Positions 24,808-40,442 are shown, numbered from the stretch's first letter. The stretch: 64,000 nt of DNA from Octopus vulgaris (GCA_951406725.2 OX597819.1:41106001-41170000), one strand, 5' to 3'. Made by a program: numbers and translations. Notes: generated from the letters alone by a model not told the origin.

Positions 24808-25624
24808 TATATATATTACAAATGTAATAATCAAATTATATATGATGCACTTGATTGTGATTTGTTGTGCGTGTGATTTCCCGATCCGTGAGAAAATCGT
24901 TTTGCATGAAACCGGGCAATGGTGCAAAAAAAAAAAGAAAAATGGTTGGTGACCGCTAAAATACTTAGTATTCTGCTGTGAAACATTAACAATACTGAAA
25001 ATTACCACAATGTGTGCAAGGACTGCAGTAACCCTATCCCGAGAGAAAAAGTTTACATAATTCACTATATTATTTTACAGAGGATCGTCGTTGAAATTGG
25101 CAGAGTGGTTAGAGGGGTGTGAGAAAGATAGAGAGGATAGATAGAAAGAAAGTGAAACAGGGAGAAAGGAAGAAAGTGGTGGCTAGTCAAAAGGAAGAAA
25201 GAATAGGAACTTAACTTGGTGTGCAAGGATAAAGGAGAAAAGAAAAGGAAAAACCAGAATGTGAGGAAAACAAGGAAATGGATTGAGTAAATAAAGAGTT
25301 ATAGAAAGAACACCCTGACGTAAGGAGACAGGAATGTCTGAAGAAAGAAAGGAAGGTATAGAGGAAGCGAAGAGGAAATAGTCAGAGAAAAAGAATGAAA
25401 GAAATAAAGAAGAAATGAATTCAATGCACATATGAAATAAAGAAAAAGTACATAAGGTAGGAGAGGAAGAGTCTATGGAGAATTGATTGAATAATTTGTA
25501 TTTATGTAATGGTGGTGATAGTGGTGGGGGTGATGGACCGTCCAGACTAACATAAAGGTCAGCGGTGGGTATGAACAATGTCGTGCCGGTGGTGGTGAAA
25601 GTAGTGGTGGTGGTGGTGGGAGAA

Positions 25625-26500
25625 TCTGGCGGTCGACGAAGACCAGCTAAGTAGTTTATGACGGAGCTATTTTGGTTCAGGGTCTATTGACTACTTCCAG
25701 AAGCATCTCACCGAGCTGTGGTACCGGATACATTTTCAGATCGGGTTAAGGTTTACAGGTACGGAACTATGGCTGCCAGTGGGAACTGTTCGAGAAGTGT
25801 GGAAAGTGATGAATTCTTCTTAACGCCTTTGTTTTGTATCCATTATTGACATATAGAGATAAATCAAAGGCTTCTTCCCGTGTGTAGAATGGACTTGGCT
25901 GTCCGCCGAGTAAAAGATCGACCCTCACCAAACTGCTTTTACAACAAAGGTACAAACAAATTTCCTAGCCAGTTTGTTGAAAGTGATGAATTCTTCTTAA
26001 CGCCTTTGTTTTGTATCCATTATTGACATATAGAGATAAATCAAAGGCTTCTTCCCGTATGTAGAATGGACTTGGCTGTCCGCCGAGTAAAAGATCGACC
26101 CTCACCAAACTTCTTTGACAACAAAGGTACAAACAAATTTCCTAGCCAGATTGTTATAATGGAAGAGACTATGCTGGAAGTACTTGAGGCGTTGAAAACA
26201 GAATTCCAGTTCTCTGATTATATCCCTATCGGCTTCTTCGAGTCCTACTTCAAGTGGATGGTGACGGTTGAGAAGAATATACTGCTCTCGAGCAAATTTT
26301 ATGAAAGGTGGATGTAAATAGAGAAACTAGTGCGTATGCAAGAGCCACTTCGTAAAACCTGCCAGAAGAGAGTAATTCTTGCTGTTTAAGGTATCCGGCG
26401 TTTTACGTGCCCTCGTCCTCCATAGGTAGTGGTCTGATTTCTTATCGGCACCTCTTGTTTATTTCTATTGGTATGCAACTTTGACATAATTTTCATGTTT
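25625..26500 (+). pseudogene. Degenerate Tx1/L1-like LINE C-terminal fragment containing a ~177-bp tandem duplication
   Basis: Remnants LAVDEDQLSSL..DYFQK..CG and ORF 26066..26317 ending KFYERW; 25802-25972 is repeated at 25979-26149. Confidence 0.5.
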
Positions 26501-26518
26501 TAAGATTTGTCTTTACCC

Positions 26519-26554
<36 letters not shown>

Positions 26555-26555
26555 C

Positions 26556-26635
<80 letters not shown>

Positions 26636-27010
26636 TTCCGGGTGGCCAGTAAAGAAGTTGTATACTAGAAAATATGACCGCAGAGATATTCACCAAACGA
26701 TATTCAGGAAAGAATTTTTAACTGCTGAATGGACGAACACAGCTATAAGCACACGAGTTAACGTAGGTACATCAACGTGGTCAATAGGCCTAAAAAAACT
26801 ATCAGCCAAACATCCCACAGAGGTTACCATTTAAATAAAGAAAAGACATATTGGATAATGAAGTCCTAGTCAAAAGCATGTCCTTAAAAAGGTCATCTAG
26901 TTGGAGTGCCTTTGATCATGGTTTGCACGATCAGGGCGACCAGAGTTTTAGAATTAACACCAATATTTAGAAACCAGATCAGCCTGTCTTGCAAATATTA
27001 TAGATCATTT

Positions 27011-27200
27011 AAGGCGGAGAGCTGGCAGAAACGTTAGCACGCCGGACGAAATAAGTAGCCGTATTTCGTCTGCCGTTACGTTCTGGGTTCAAATTCCGCC
27101 GAAGTCGACTTTGCCTTTCATCCTTTCGGGGTCGATAAATTAAGTATCAGTTACGCACTGGGGTCGATGTAATCGACTTAATCTCTTTGTCTGTCCTTGT
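27011..27200 (+). mobile_element. Family B SINE
   Basis: Match to 41422-41654. Confidence 0.85.
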
Positions 27201-27479
27201 TTTATCATGTCTGTCCTAGGCTTTATCATGTTTCAATCAATAAGACGTAGTTGAAATTTCTCAAAGGCTTCAGTTTTAATAATCTTCTATTTGGTATATT
27301 TTGACACTTTTTTCTTTCAAAATCTTTTCTTGTGTGCCGACCAAGATTTAAATACTAGCTCGTGCAAATCGCATAGAGGGCCAAATGAAAACTTCGCTTG
27401 TAAACACATGTTCGTGCCATCCTCCGATAGCATTACAAAACTTAATAATACGAGCTGAAGGATATTAAATCTGTCTTCA

Positions 27480-28070
27480 AGTAAGAAAATTATTTACAGG
27501 GTAAATCATTACTATAAAAACAATTTAACAGCAAGTGGATTCAGAGACATGGTATTCGTCCAGTCTGTATCCCTTTTGACTTACTAGCTAAGCGTCAGAT
27601 TCAACACAGCAAAAACTTTTCTAAAATTAAGAGATAGACACTTTCCTACTAGCCACAGATAAAGAAGATTATGAAGCAACTATAACTAGCAACTATAACT
27701 TTATGGTAAGATTGTGCCGCACCGTTAATATGAAGAAATTATATTGCACTGATCCCCTAACATTTCCGCTTAATAGATCTTGCAATGGACCAGTACCTCA
27801 TATATGAATTCAGAACCATTAGTATGCAAAATGTTACAAACCTCTCAACTTATATCTGGTCATTGAAAGAAAAAGCTTCGAACAATAATATCAGCTGGAA
27901 AATTGTTTAAAGATTAACGCCCCTTAAAAATGGTAGCAATATATGTGGTCTATTCACTGCAGAGAAAAATAACCCTAAAATCATCCACACTGCAACGTGG
28001 TCTATATTTAAATGCTAAACCTGTAGCGTTCGGAAAATGCAAACACGTAGATAAATTCAGTTTATGCAAC
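27480..28070 (+). pseudogene. Degraded Penelope-like element (linker and GIY-YIG endonuclease C-terminus)
   Basis: Manual translation gives FLKLRDRHFP, LSTYIWSLKEK..ISWKIV, ICGL..EK, KCKHVDKF. Confidence 0.7.
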
Positions 28071-28704
28071 TGGTCAGACCACCTTGTATTAGTTACTGCA
28101 TTTATGTGCGAATGTGACGATGTACTTAAGGCAGGGAGTGTATGTTTGTGCACATCTGTTACAGTTATCCAAACATACAGCACTTCTTATACTTTTATCT
28201 TTCTATCAAGCTGTAACTAAGCGCTATTTCCATTTTTTTCTTTACTCTTTACTAATAAACCAGAGCTATATAATTACTACTTATTTTCTCATAATATTCA
28301 TCGTGAACAATATTTTGCATTTGTTTCTTTTGTTTTTTACAGGATGAGTTTTCATAATGAACCCAACCCGTCATATATTTATAACTTACCTCCCTTTAAT
28401 CATAGTTTGGGAGTTTAATTAGGTAATTGAATTTTCCCAGGGTACTTTCAAAGCGCCAAATAGAAGTGAATAGTACTTCCTCTCTATGTTCAACATCTTA
28501 TTTGGTTGATGTCCAGGTGTCTGGCGATTAAAGTTTAGTTTTAAAACCGGATATGAAACTTAGAAAAACCAGATGGACTGACAGGTTCTTGCAAATACAA
28601 ATATTTAACATTATAATAATTTATTTTGAGCGTGCTTTGGACAAAAGTAACTTACTTGATTTTTTTATACATATTTGTAATATATATGTACGTGTATATA
28701 TGTG

Positions 28705-28807
<103 letters not shown>

Positions 28808-29201
28808 CCTTTTACTTGTTTCAGTCATTTGACTACGGCCATGCAGAGGCACCGCTTTGAAGGGTTTTAGTCGAGCAAATCGACCCCCCCCCAGACTTCT
28901 TTTTCTTAAGCCTTATTCTATCGGTCTCTTTTGCTGAACCGCTAAGATAGGGGACGTAAACACACCAACATCGGTTGTCAAGTGGTGGTGGGAGAGAAAC
29001 ACAACACAAAGACACACACACAAACACACACATATATATACGACGGGCTTCTTTTAGTTTCTAACTACCAAATCCACTCACAAGACTTTGGTCATCCCAA
29101 AGCTATAGTATAAGACACTTGCACAAGGTGTTACACAATGAGACTGAATCTGGAACCATGTGGTTGGGAGGGAAGCTTCTCACCACACAGCCGCGCCTAC
29201 G

Positions 29202-29203
<2 letters not shown>
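28808..29203 (-). mobile_element. Family A SINE
   Basis: Reverse-complement match to 54991-55383. Confidence 0.85.
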
Positions 29204-29277
<74 letters not shown>

Positions 29278-29279
29278 TA

Positions 29280-29352
29280 TACTTTGATACTTTGATAGGT
29301 TTCGGCCATTATTGGCCCAGGCCATGTCTAACTTAATAGCACCACCTGGTGT
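29280..29352 (-). mobile_element. CR1 3'-end stub
   Basis: CCAGGCCATGTCTAACTTAATAGCACCACCTG is identical to 30570-30601. Confidence 0.7.
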
Positions 29353-29625
<273 letters not shown>

Positions 29626-30111
29626 GAATAACATAGCTTTTGAAGTCTACATTTTCTACCGTTTGTAATATCAGGAAATATTGCATACCAACAATAATTA
29701 TAATTTTACTTTCATGACATTTCTTAGAGGTTATACAAAATGATGAACTGAATGTTAATTTTCAAAAGAAAAATATTTATTATCTAAACATAAAATATAA
29801 TAAAATAAAATAAAATAAAATAAAATTCTCATTGGTATAACTTCCTCCATGTTTACTCTGTCATTTACTCTCCCCCTTCAACCTCCTCTGTTTCTATGAA
29901 TCTTTTTTTATTCTGTCGCTATATAGGATAGCATTCTTTTATTCATTGCCTGTCACTAAGCCTAATATGTGCATTCACCCTGTACGTCTTATATTAACTC
30001 TCTCTTTTACTCTCCCATCTCTTCTCTCTATATGATGTAAAGCGTGACTGAAGAGTCAATCAACCAACAAATCAACATTTATAGATCAGCTTCTGTTATA
30101 CTGACATATAT

Positions 30112-30173
<62 letters not shown>

Positions 30174-30527
30174 GCACATGCATGTATTTGTGTTTGCATA
30201 TCTTTTACATATGAACGTATGTAAGTCTCCATTTCACTGTTCCTCTGATTGTTTGTAGAGATATGAAACTTTGTCTATAACGCATCACGTACTGAAATGC
30301 CCTTCGCTACCTCTTAAACGTTTCAGAATTTCAAAAGCGAAAGTGCTGCTATGTAAGTTCATTACACTCTTAATCTCAAACGAAATCTTCGCTCGTGAAA
30401 GTGAAAACCTTTTTGTTAAATCGGTGAAACACTTTATAATTAACGTAAAGTATACTGAGCAGTTACTGTTTACATCTCGTTCAGAGATTTATTATTACTT
30501 TATAATCATATTCCGTTATAAAACTTA

Positions 30528-31015
30528 AAACTTAGATAAAACTTAGATATGTTTCGACCAGAGATTGGTCCAGGCCATGTCTAACTTAATAGCACCACCT
30601 GATAGGATTATTCGAATCCTGTTTAAGTCAAGTTTTGTTCAAGTAGTGAGTTCTTGTTGGGTGAGTTGTATCCAGTTTTGTTTAAGTAGTGAGTTCTTGT
30701 TGGGTGAGTTGTATCCAATTATGGGTGGCTTATCTGGTATTCTTTGAAGGAATCTATCCAGACTCTGTTTAAAGTTGATGGGATCCTTTTCCTCTTTGAT
30801 CTCCCTCGGGACAATGTTAAATAGGGCAGGGCCTGTTGAGGAAAAGAAATTATGTTGCAGTGTACATGTATGTTGTGATCTTGAATTTGGCAGGTGGTCC
30901 AAGTCTTGGATGAACCTTGAAGCTAATGTTTAGGTCGTTTGGGCAAAGTTGGCGGTATATTTTCCACATCGTACAAATGATGTACCGCTCACGTCGACGC
31001 TGGAGGGAGTAAAGT
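30528..31015 (-). pseudogene. 5'-truncated CR1-clade LINE
   Basis: LYSLQRRRERYII..GPALFNIVP..FKQSLDRFLQRIPDKP; 3'UTR with (TATCTAAGTT) repeats. Confidence 0.85.
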
Positions 31016-31719
31016 TATATTATAAATTCTTTTTTTTCTTTTACCAATTAACTTGATTTTATATATTGTAATATCATTTCTCTTCTACACACACTACTTT
31101 AATGAAAACATGTCCTTTTCTAAAACAGGTTCAAAATTTGTGTCATGTGTAAATTTTCTATTTTAAAGACGTTTTTCTTCACCGTGCCACGTTTTTAACG
31201 AAAATAAATCATCTCAACTCTAATTAGAACTTATTTGTTTATTACTTTCAGTCATTGTATTATAATTTCTTATAATACTAATTAGTTTTAGTTTTCTAAA
31301 TTTTGATGCATGTGTAAATCTCTTTGACATTTCCCTCACTCTGTTTTGTTTTAATTTCTTTTTCCTACACTTTTGTCCTTCAACTCAAATGCCCACAAAC
31401 GTAATTCAATATCGTATTTGTTTTCTAACAATTTTCTCTTCACAGTATTGTTTGTAATGTCTCAGGTCATTTTCTTTGTCCTCAACCACGCACCTCCAAG
31501 AAAAGTGTACCTACCGAGAAGTTTAATACTATCACCCAGACTTATGTTATCTGCACAAACAAGAGTGCAGAAAACAAATGCAGAAATAGAAAACCCACGA
31601 GAAGGGTCCTAGAAATGAATACAGCGCAAGCTTTCAGTAAATTATTTCATTCAATTAAAGTTTCTACAGTTAGTCAAGCTTTGTTCCGCCATGTCTAATA
31701 AAAGACATCTATTTTTTAA

Positions 31720-31965
31720 TCTTTTACTTGTTTCAGTTATTTTTACTGCGCCCATGCTTGGGCACCACGTTGACAGGTTTTAGTCGAACAAATCGACATC
31801 GGGACTTATTTTTTAAAGCTTAGTACTTATTCTATCGGACTTTTTTGTTGAACTGCTAAGTTACGGAGATTTAAACTCGCCAATACTGCTTGTCAAACGG
31901 TGATGATGAGGACAAACACAGGCACAAAGACAAACATAATATACACACATACACACACACACATA
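31720..31965 (-). mobile_element. Family A SINE, 3' half
   Basis: TTACTTGTTTCAGT..AGTACTTATTCTATCGG. Confidence 0.7.
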
Positions 31966-32175
31966 TGTGCATGATTCTATGACCATTGTTGGTCATAGAA
32001 TGAATATGTTAGTTCAGTTTGGTAATGTTACAGGAGAAAATAACCCGATGTCAGGCTTGAGTAGAGGGTAACGAAGATTTATAGCAATAAAGGAGGTTAG
32101 AGGATGTTGTAAGGGGAAATCAGATAGCGAAACATCTCGCCCCTACAGATAACAGTTAGTTTCCTTTATCTTTTA

Positions 32176-32547
32176 CTAGCAGTATCGCCCGGCGTTGCTC
32201 GGGTTTGTAAGGGAAATAATTATAGAGCATTTTTAGAGAGTTATAGCCAAAAAATGGAAAAAAAATGATGGTAAATTTTTTTCTTAGTTAAAAAGGTCGA
32301 GTTGCGTCCCCTAGACGGTCTGTGGTTTGGGTTTCTGATTCTCGACCCCATGTCGAATTTATCGATTTTTTTCAGAACTGGGGGAACTTTTCAAAATTTT
32401 CGCTGCGTTAGTTTTGAATTATGACATTGGGCTATGTGTGTGTCAAGTTTCATCAGAATCGGTTGAAAGCCGTGGTCAGAGTGAGGGTACGAGAAAACAG
32501 ACACACAGAAACACGCACAGACAAACTGCCGTTTATATAGAGAGAGA
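32176..32547 (-). mobile_element. Non-autonomous Helitron
   Basis: Minus: A|TC..CCCGAGCAACGCCGGG hairpin..CTAG|T, i.e. canonical termini and AT insertion site. Confidence 0.85.
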
Positions 32548-33459
32548 TTTCTATTCAACAAGAGGCTTGGGGGCAAAATACAAAGGGTAAGGTCACTCAG
32601 TTACTTATATATTTATTTATTTAACGACCTTCTATATGCCCCCTTTAAAGCTGGAAAGGCCTTGAAAAATAGAGATAGTAAGTCTAAGATGCGCTGTTGG
32701 GGGTTAGTACCAAATAAGAAGATAGTGGCCGTCATATCAATAATTAGATAAATAAAAAGTACACAATGAAAGGCATAAAATAAAAAAGTATATAAAAACA
32801 AATGGATAATAATTTTTTAAAATGATAATAATAAAAAATGGATAATAATTTTTTAAATGGATAATGTTAAAAAATGGAAGTGGTAGATAGTGATTATGCA
32901 AAGAATCTTATAAGAATTTGAAAAATAATTAAAAAGTACTTTAAAAAGTATAATGGAATAAAATAAAATAAAACAAGATAATGTAATAGAATAAAGTACA
33001 ACAGGAAAAGACATAATAAGAATAATGCAATTTATAATATCCATAATTCGATAAATAAGTATAAAGTCATTACTATAATTCGATAAATAAGTCTAACGTT
33101 ATGAGGTGAATCAAAATATACGAAAAATAGGAAAATATAAGAAAGAAGTATGATATAAATTTCTAAGAAACTTTTTATGGCTTATAAAATAGATAACGCC
33201 GACTGTAATCACAGATTCATTCATACTGAAAATTTCAAGTGTGTAATAATAAGTATTTATACATATTGCATACAACATAAGGGACTGAAACAAATAAAAG
33301 AGTAAAAGAGTAATTATATTTTTTTATCATATTGATGTATTACTGTAAGATTTCCACATTTTTCAATGTATATTTTCATGGTATATACTCTGAAATATAC
33401 TTTGGATTCATAGTTTATACTTTGAATTTATATTTTACTATTAATAATAAGTGCATTTA

Positions 33460-33799
33460 TTTGTAAGCCCAGTACTTATTCTATCGGTCTCTTTTGCCGA
33501 CCGCTAAGTGACGGGGACATAAACACACCAGCATCGGTTGTCAAGCAATGCTAGGGGGACAAACACAGGCACACACAAACACACACACACGCATATATAT
33601 ACATATATACATATATATATGTACATATATATATACATATATACGACGGGCTTCTTTCAGTTTCCGTCTACCAAATCCACTCACAAGGCTTTGGTCGGCC
33701 CGAGGCTATAGTAGAAAACAAGGTGCCACGCAGTGGGACTGAACCCGGAACCATGTGGTTGGTAAACAAGCTACTTACCACACAGCCACTCCTGCGCCT
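33460..33799 (-). mobile_element. Family A SINE
   Basis: Near-identical to 59057-59447. Confidence 0.85.
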
Positions 33800-33812
33800 A
33801 TAATATATAAAA

Positions 33813-33940
<128 letters not shown>

Positions 33941-34146
33941 GTATATTAAAATATCCGAGTATATAAGGCAATCTTTAAAATCGATGAGATAAAAATCGGA
34001 CCACTATCGATATCATAGCAGAGGGTAGAAAACAACCTTTTATTTTTAGTTTCAGTAAATACAGGTATAAGATAAGAATTAGGGGGCATGATGAGACACC
34101 AAAATATAATTAAATGTGATAAAATATAATAAAGATATAGGCGGGG

Positions 34147-34840
34147 GCCCACGTACTCCAATCAACCTTTTCATTGGTCAAAATTAATTTTAAAATCCTT
34201 ATTTATACATCCGCCACTTCCAACGTTAACGCCGTATCACCCAAAGAGGTGAACGCATGAATATGATCCACCCGATATCCAAGTATACTACGGACTGTAC
34301 TGTAATTATACACACGTTTTAGTACCTATTAAAATAGATATAATATAGATATAAAAGGTATTAGAGTAACTAACTAAAACAAGAGTTCAGATGGGAGCTA
34401 GGAGGCTAGGAAATCTCTTACTATATAACTGCATTGGTAATTTTATTACACTGACCGTGGAAGAAGTTAAAGAGAGAGTATAGTGACCAGAAATGGCTAG
34501 ATAGAACAAGGGCTAGAAGGTTATGTAATACTTTTAAAAATTATTTAAATTATTTATTTAAAAGAAGGGAAGATTTTGTGAATGCAGGAAACTTTAAGAT
34601 TTAATTTATTATTATTTAAATTATCATTGTTCCGATAATTTATATGGCATTAATGTTCCCCACCAAATACACAAAGAATTGCCCACATACCCCAATCAAA
34701 CTTTTCATTGGTCAAAATTAATTTTAAAATCCTTATTTATACATCCGCCACTTCCAACGTTAACACCATATCACCCAAAGAGGTGAACGCATGAATATGA
34801 TCCACCCGATATCCAAGGATACTACGGACTGTACTGTAAT
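34147..34840. repeat. Pair of 160-bp direct repeats (34147-34306 and 34681-34840)
   Basis: Directly comparable, few mismatches. Confidence 0.85.
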
Positions 34841-34932
34841 CATCAAAGATATGGACTATGATCTTAAGAAACATGTGATTTGTGAAAACGCGCGTAGCGA
34901 TGCATTAAAGTATTTATAAAATCCATCCATGG

Positions 34933-35008
<76 letters not shown>

Positions 35009-35011
<3 letters not shown>

Positions 35012-35225
35012 CGGTGAGCTAGCAGAATCGTTAGTGCGCCGGGAGATACGCTTAGCGGTATTTCGCCCGTCGCTACGTTTTGAGTTCAAATTCCACCGAG
35101 GTCAACTTTGCCTTTCACCCTTTCGGGATCGATTAAATAAGTACACGTTACACACTAGGGTCTATGTAATTGACTTAATCTCTCCTCCCCCAAGCTGCCC
35201 TTGTGGAAAAAAAATTTGAAATCAT
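35009..35225 (+). mobile_element. Family B SINE between (TTA)n tracts
   Basis: GGCGGTGAGCTAGCAGAATCGTTAG..GTTCAAATTCC. Confidence 0.8.
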
Positions 35226-35249
35226 TATTATCATTATTATTATTATTAT

Positions 35250-35339
35250 TGATTTTGATTTGATTTGATTTTTCCAGTTTCAGCTAATGAGCTGTGGCCA
35301 TGCTGGGGCACCGCCATTTGGTTTGCTACACGGGTTTAC
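35250..35339 (-). mobile_element. CR1 3'-end stub fused to the Penelope fragment
   Basis: Near-identical to 36455-36537. Confidence 0.8.
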
Positions 35340-35758
35340 AATTACATTTCTTAATGGGCTCGGCACCATGTCTAATCTCAATTAGCTTCCTATTATGTTG
35401 GCTAATGTAAGAGGCGAAATTTCTGCAACAAGAATAGCTAACCTTCAGGGTTCTTCTATTAAATATTCTATAGAATTTATGACCCTGCTTAAAATGCTTA
35501 GAGACTAATCTCAAAAATTCCTTACCTATATTAGTCTTTACGGCCAAATTAAAAGCCGGGTTGAACCACAAAACTTTCCTGGTCCTAGTTCTTCGTGCAG
35601 CATTATTATCAGCATTAAGCTGGTTGAACTGGATCTTCTCAGAGAATCCACTATTCTTTAATGCGCTATCGTAATAAGGTGCAGCATTATGGAATGCTGC
35701 CTCGTCCGAAGAAATTGAAGATATTCTTCTACCTACATTGCTGACTAAGTTCCTAAGG

Positions 35759-35760
<2 letters not shown>
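35340..35760 (-). pseudogene. Penelope-like element ORF fragment (RT-endonuclease linker)
   Basis: Open frame [68 protein letters not shown]. Confidence 0.9.
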
Positions 35761-37115
<1,355 letters not shown>

Positions 37116-37142
37116 CTAAAGGTTCTCTTGTTCTAAATGTTC

Positions 37143-37159
37143 TATATAAATATATATAA

Positions 37160-37192
<33 letters not shown>

Positions 37193-37203
37193 AATATATA
37201 TAA

Positions 37204-37236
<33 letters not shown>

Positions 37237-37247
37237 AATATATATAA

Positions 37248-37278
<31 letters not shown>

Positions 37279-37289
37279 AATATATATAA

Positions 37290-37320
<31 letters not shown>

Positions 37321-37331
37321 AATATATATAA

Positions 37332-37364
<33 letters not shown>

Positions 37365-37421
37365 AATATACATAAATATATACATAAATATATATATATA
37401 TATATATATATAAATATATAT

Positions 37422-37453
<32 letters not shown>

Positions 37454-37464
37454 AATATATATAA

Positions 37465-37499
<35 letters not shown>

Positions 37500-37516
37500 A
37501 ATATATATAAATATAA

Positions 37517-37560
<44 letters not shown>
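37143..37560. repeat. (TA)n with periodic AA interruptions, then (TTA)n
   Basis: Directly visible. Confidence 0.9.
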
Positions 37561-37563
<3 letters not shown>

Positions 37564-37565
37564 GA

Positions 37566-38666
37566 TTCAGTAGTTTTATTTTTATAGCGTGCTTTCACTT
37601 TACCGAGCACAGCTCTGTGTGCCTTGGGTATGTGCTGTGGTTTGCTGTGATGCTCTTATGGATACTGTATTGAAAGTGTTTTGCGTAGGATGCGTGCAGT
37701 GCCCAGTAGTGCAATTTTCTGTATGTTATATAAGTCCTGGTGTTTTTGTTATGTATTTGTCTGAATATTTTTTTATCATACCTAATGTGCCTACTATGAT
37801 AAGAATTGTTTCTGTTTTTAGATTCCACATTCGGGTTACCTCTATTTCCAGGTCTTTGTATTTTGAAAGTTTCTCCATTTCTTTTAGAGAAACGTCATCT
37901 GCTGGTATTGATACATCAATTAGAAAGCATTTTTTTCTTCATGATCTCTGGCAACTATATCTGGCCTATTGACCTTAATTTCTCTATCTGTGTGTATTGG
38001 CATATCCCAGAGTATGGTTGCTTTCTCGTTTTCTGTGACCTTTTCTGGTGTGTGCTTATACCATCTTTTTTCTGTTGTTATTCAATAGAGTTGGCAAAGC
38101 TTCCAGTTTATGTAGGTCCCAACTCTGTCGTGTCTGTGAATATATTCCTTCTTATCCAGGACTGGGCATCCAGAGATAATATGAGTTATTGTTTCTTGTC
38201 TATCTCCACATATTCTGCAGTTACTTGTTACGTTTCTTTTCATTATATGTTTTTGGTAATTTCTGGTAGGGAGGCTTTGGGCTTGTGCTGCAATCAAAAA
38301 CCCTTCAGTTTCTGCTTTACGTCCTGAGCTTCTCAACCATTGCTGGGATTTTTCTCTGTCTATTTCTTTTGCATTTAGTTTAGCCCAGTATTTGCCGTGA
38401 AGGGGCTTTTCTTGCCATCGTTTTAGCATGGTCCGTTGCTGTTCTAGTTTTAGTCTGGATATCATTTGTTTTATAGCTTTTGTTGTTTCTTCTTCTTCAT
38501 ATTTGTTAGGTTGTATGATTTCTTGTTTGTATTTGTCAGCTTCCTTAAATACTGAAAAGTTTTTTGTTTTGCTCGTATTTTGTGGCTATTAGTATTAGTT
38601 TTCCTTTCTTCTGATGTAGGTATTTTTGCAGTCCTATAGTGGTTATTTTATAATAGTTTTCCAGCT

Positions 38667-38669
<3 letters not shown>
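37566..38669 (-). pseudogene. 5'-truncated R4/Dong-type LINE in (TTA)n
   Basis: ORF 38082..38465 (WQEKPLHG..CRICGDRQETITHIISGC..RHDRV); same family as 51024-52412; (TTA)n on both sides. Confidence 0.92.
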
Positions 38670-38731
<62 letters not shown>

Positions 38732-38756
38732 AATATATATATTCTTTCTTTTTCTT

Positions 38757-38902
38757 TTCTTTTATTTGTTTCAGTCATTTGACTGCGGCCATGCTGGAGC
38801 GCTGCCTTTAGTCGAACTAAGCGACTCCAGGACTTATTCGTTGTAAGCCTAGTACTTATTCTATCTGTCTCTTTTGCTCAACCGATGGAGGCGGGGACAA
38901 AC
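38757..38902 (-). mobile_element. Family A SINE, 3' fragment
   Basis: TGTTTCAGTCATTTGACTGCGGCCATGCTGGAGC. Confidence 0.75.
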
Positions 38903-38928
38903 ACATACATACATACATACATACGTAC

Positions 38929-38985
<57 letters not shown>

Positions 38986-39027
38986 TAAATAAATGGAGTT
39001 TAACGCAGGTATAAATCAAATATTTTT

Positions 39028-39113
39028 ACTTTCGACACATGTTTAGAAAATTCCACTGATATTATTCAAAAGAATAAATGGTATAAACAATGCAATCTTC
39101 TCTTCAGGAAAGT
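39028..39113 (-). ncRNA. Degenerate type I HHR with long stem II
   Basis: Minus ACTTTC-CTGAAGA-GAAGATT..AATTTTC-TAAAC-ATGT-GTC-GAAAGT; perfect 6-bp stem I but GAAA is changed to TAAA. Confidence 0.55.
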
Positions 39114-39590
39114 GAAAAAACGGAACTCGTCAATAAGACATTCTAGCAAAAAATGATGGATTTGTATAGTGATTAACTGAACGCTATTAATATTAAAATT
39201 GATTTATTTATTGATTTATAGCGAAATTTACTTTCACGTCATTAATTTGCCTATAAATGTGTATCATTACACTGAATATAAAATCAATTCGAACAGACAA
39301 TTGACGCTGGCAGCCGCTGGCAACCAAACACAAAAGATCCGGACCTGCAATCCTCAAATTTTGGATTTTTATGTTTTCAGTACTGCGACTGTTTTCGGTG
39401 ATTATTTTTTTTTTACATGATTTTTAGCGACGAATATGATCGTCGTTGGGAGGGAAGCATTTGCACAAATTCTCCAAAAACAAGCCAGAGATCTGTTTGC
39501 AGATCTTCCCATTCGAAGTTAGTTGCTTAAAAGCTACATACTAGCTTAAAAGCCGCCCGATAATATCTATTTTCATACACACATTGTGTG

Positions 39591-39690
<100 letters not shown>

Positions 39691-40442
39691 TGTGTGTTTA
39701 CGATAAAAATTTGCAGTTTTATTTCGATTAAGATATCACCTACTTCAGAGCAAAGTTTGCCTACATTCAGAGTTTCTTCATTCACTCCCGACCCGTTTGC
39801 TGTTTTAGTCTCATTCTACCAGCCTGACCTACATGATACACATTGCGTTTTATTATACGTAAGATATAGTATAGGCGCCATTTTTCAGTTTTAACAAAAC
39901 ATTCTTTGAAAACTGACTAGAAATGCATATATGTGAGAGAAAAAGACACGGCGAGTGCATGACTAATGTTATCATTATTATTATGTTTTTCTTTGAAACA
40001 TATGTGGATGTGTTTCAGTATTATTGTCGACTCTTCAAAAAACCATAGCGCTTCTCTTAATTGGACAGAGAAAGGAAGGAACGAGTCACTTAATAAATAC
40101 AAAAGACTGTGCATTTATCAACGTGAAAAAAAAAAACAGAACTACTTTAAAAAAATTTAAAACGCATTGAAGATTTCAGAAACATTTGCATTGAAAATAA
40201 AATAGTGACGTTTGTGTCGAGGTATTTGATGTGTTGAGTATTGAAATAAAGAAATATATAGTGAGAAGAAAAGTAGACGAAAAAAATATTTTTCTATTAT
40301 TTTATATATTTATTATTTATTATTTTACTTTATTTTTACCTAATTTTCTCGCCAGCATAGAAAATAAAAACCAAAAAATTTTCACTAATGCTGTTCAAAC
40401 ATATTCGAAGTTGTCTCCTGTCCAGGAACGAATAACTTAATA

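Noticed and set aside
29290-29350. Hairpin followed by GAAAC at CR1/SINE 3' ends (also 30545, 36470) as a hammerhead
   Set aside because: No CUGANGA box and no stem I; it is the LINE 3' recognition stem-loop
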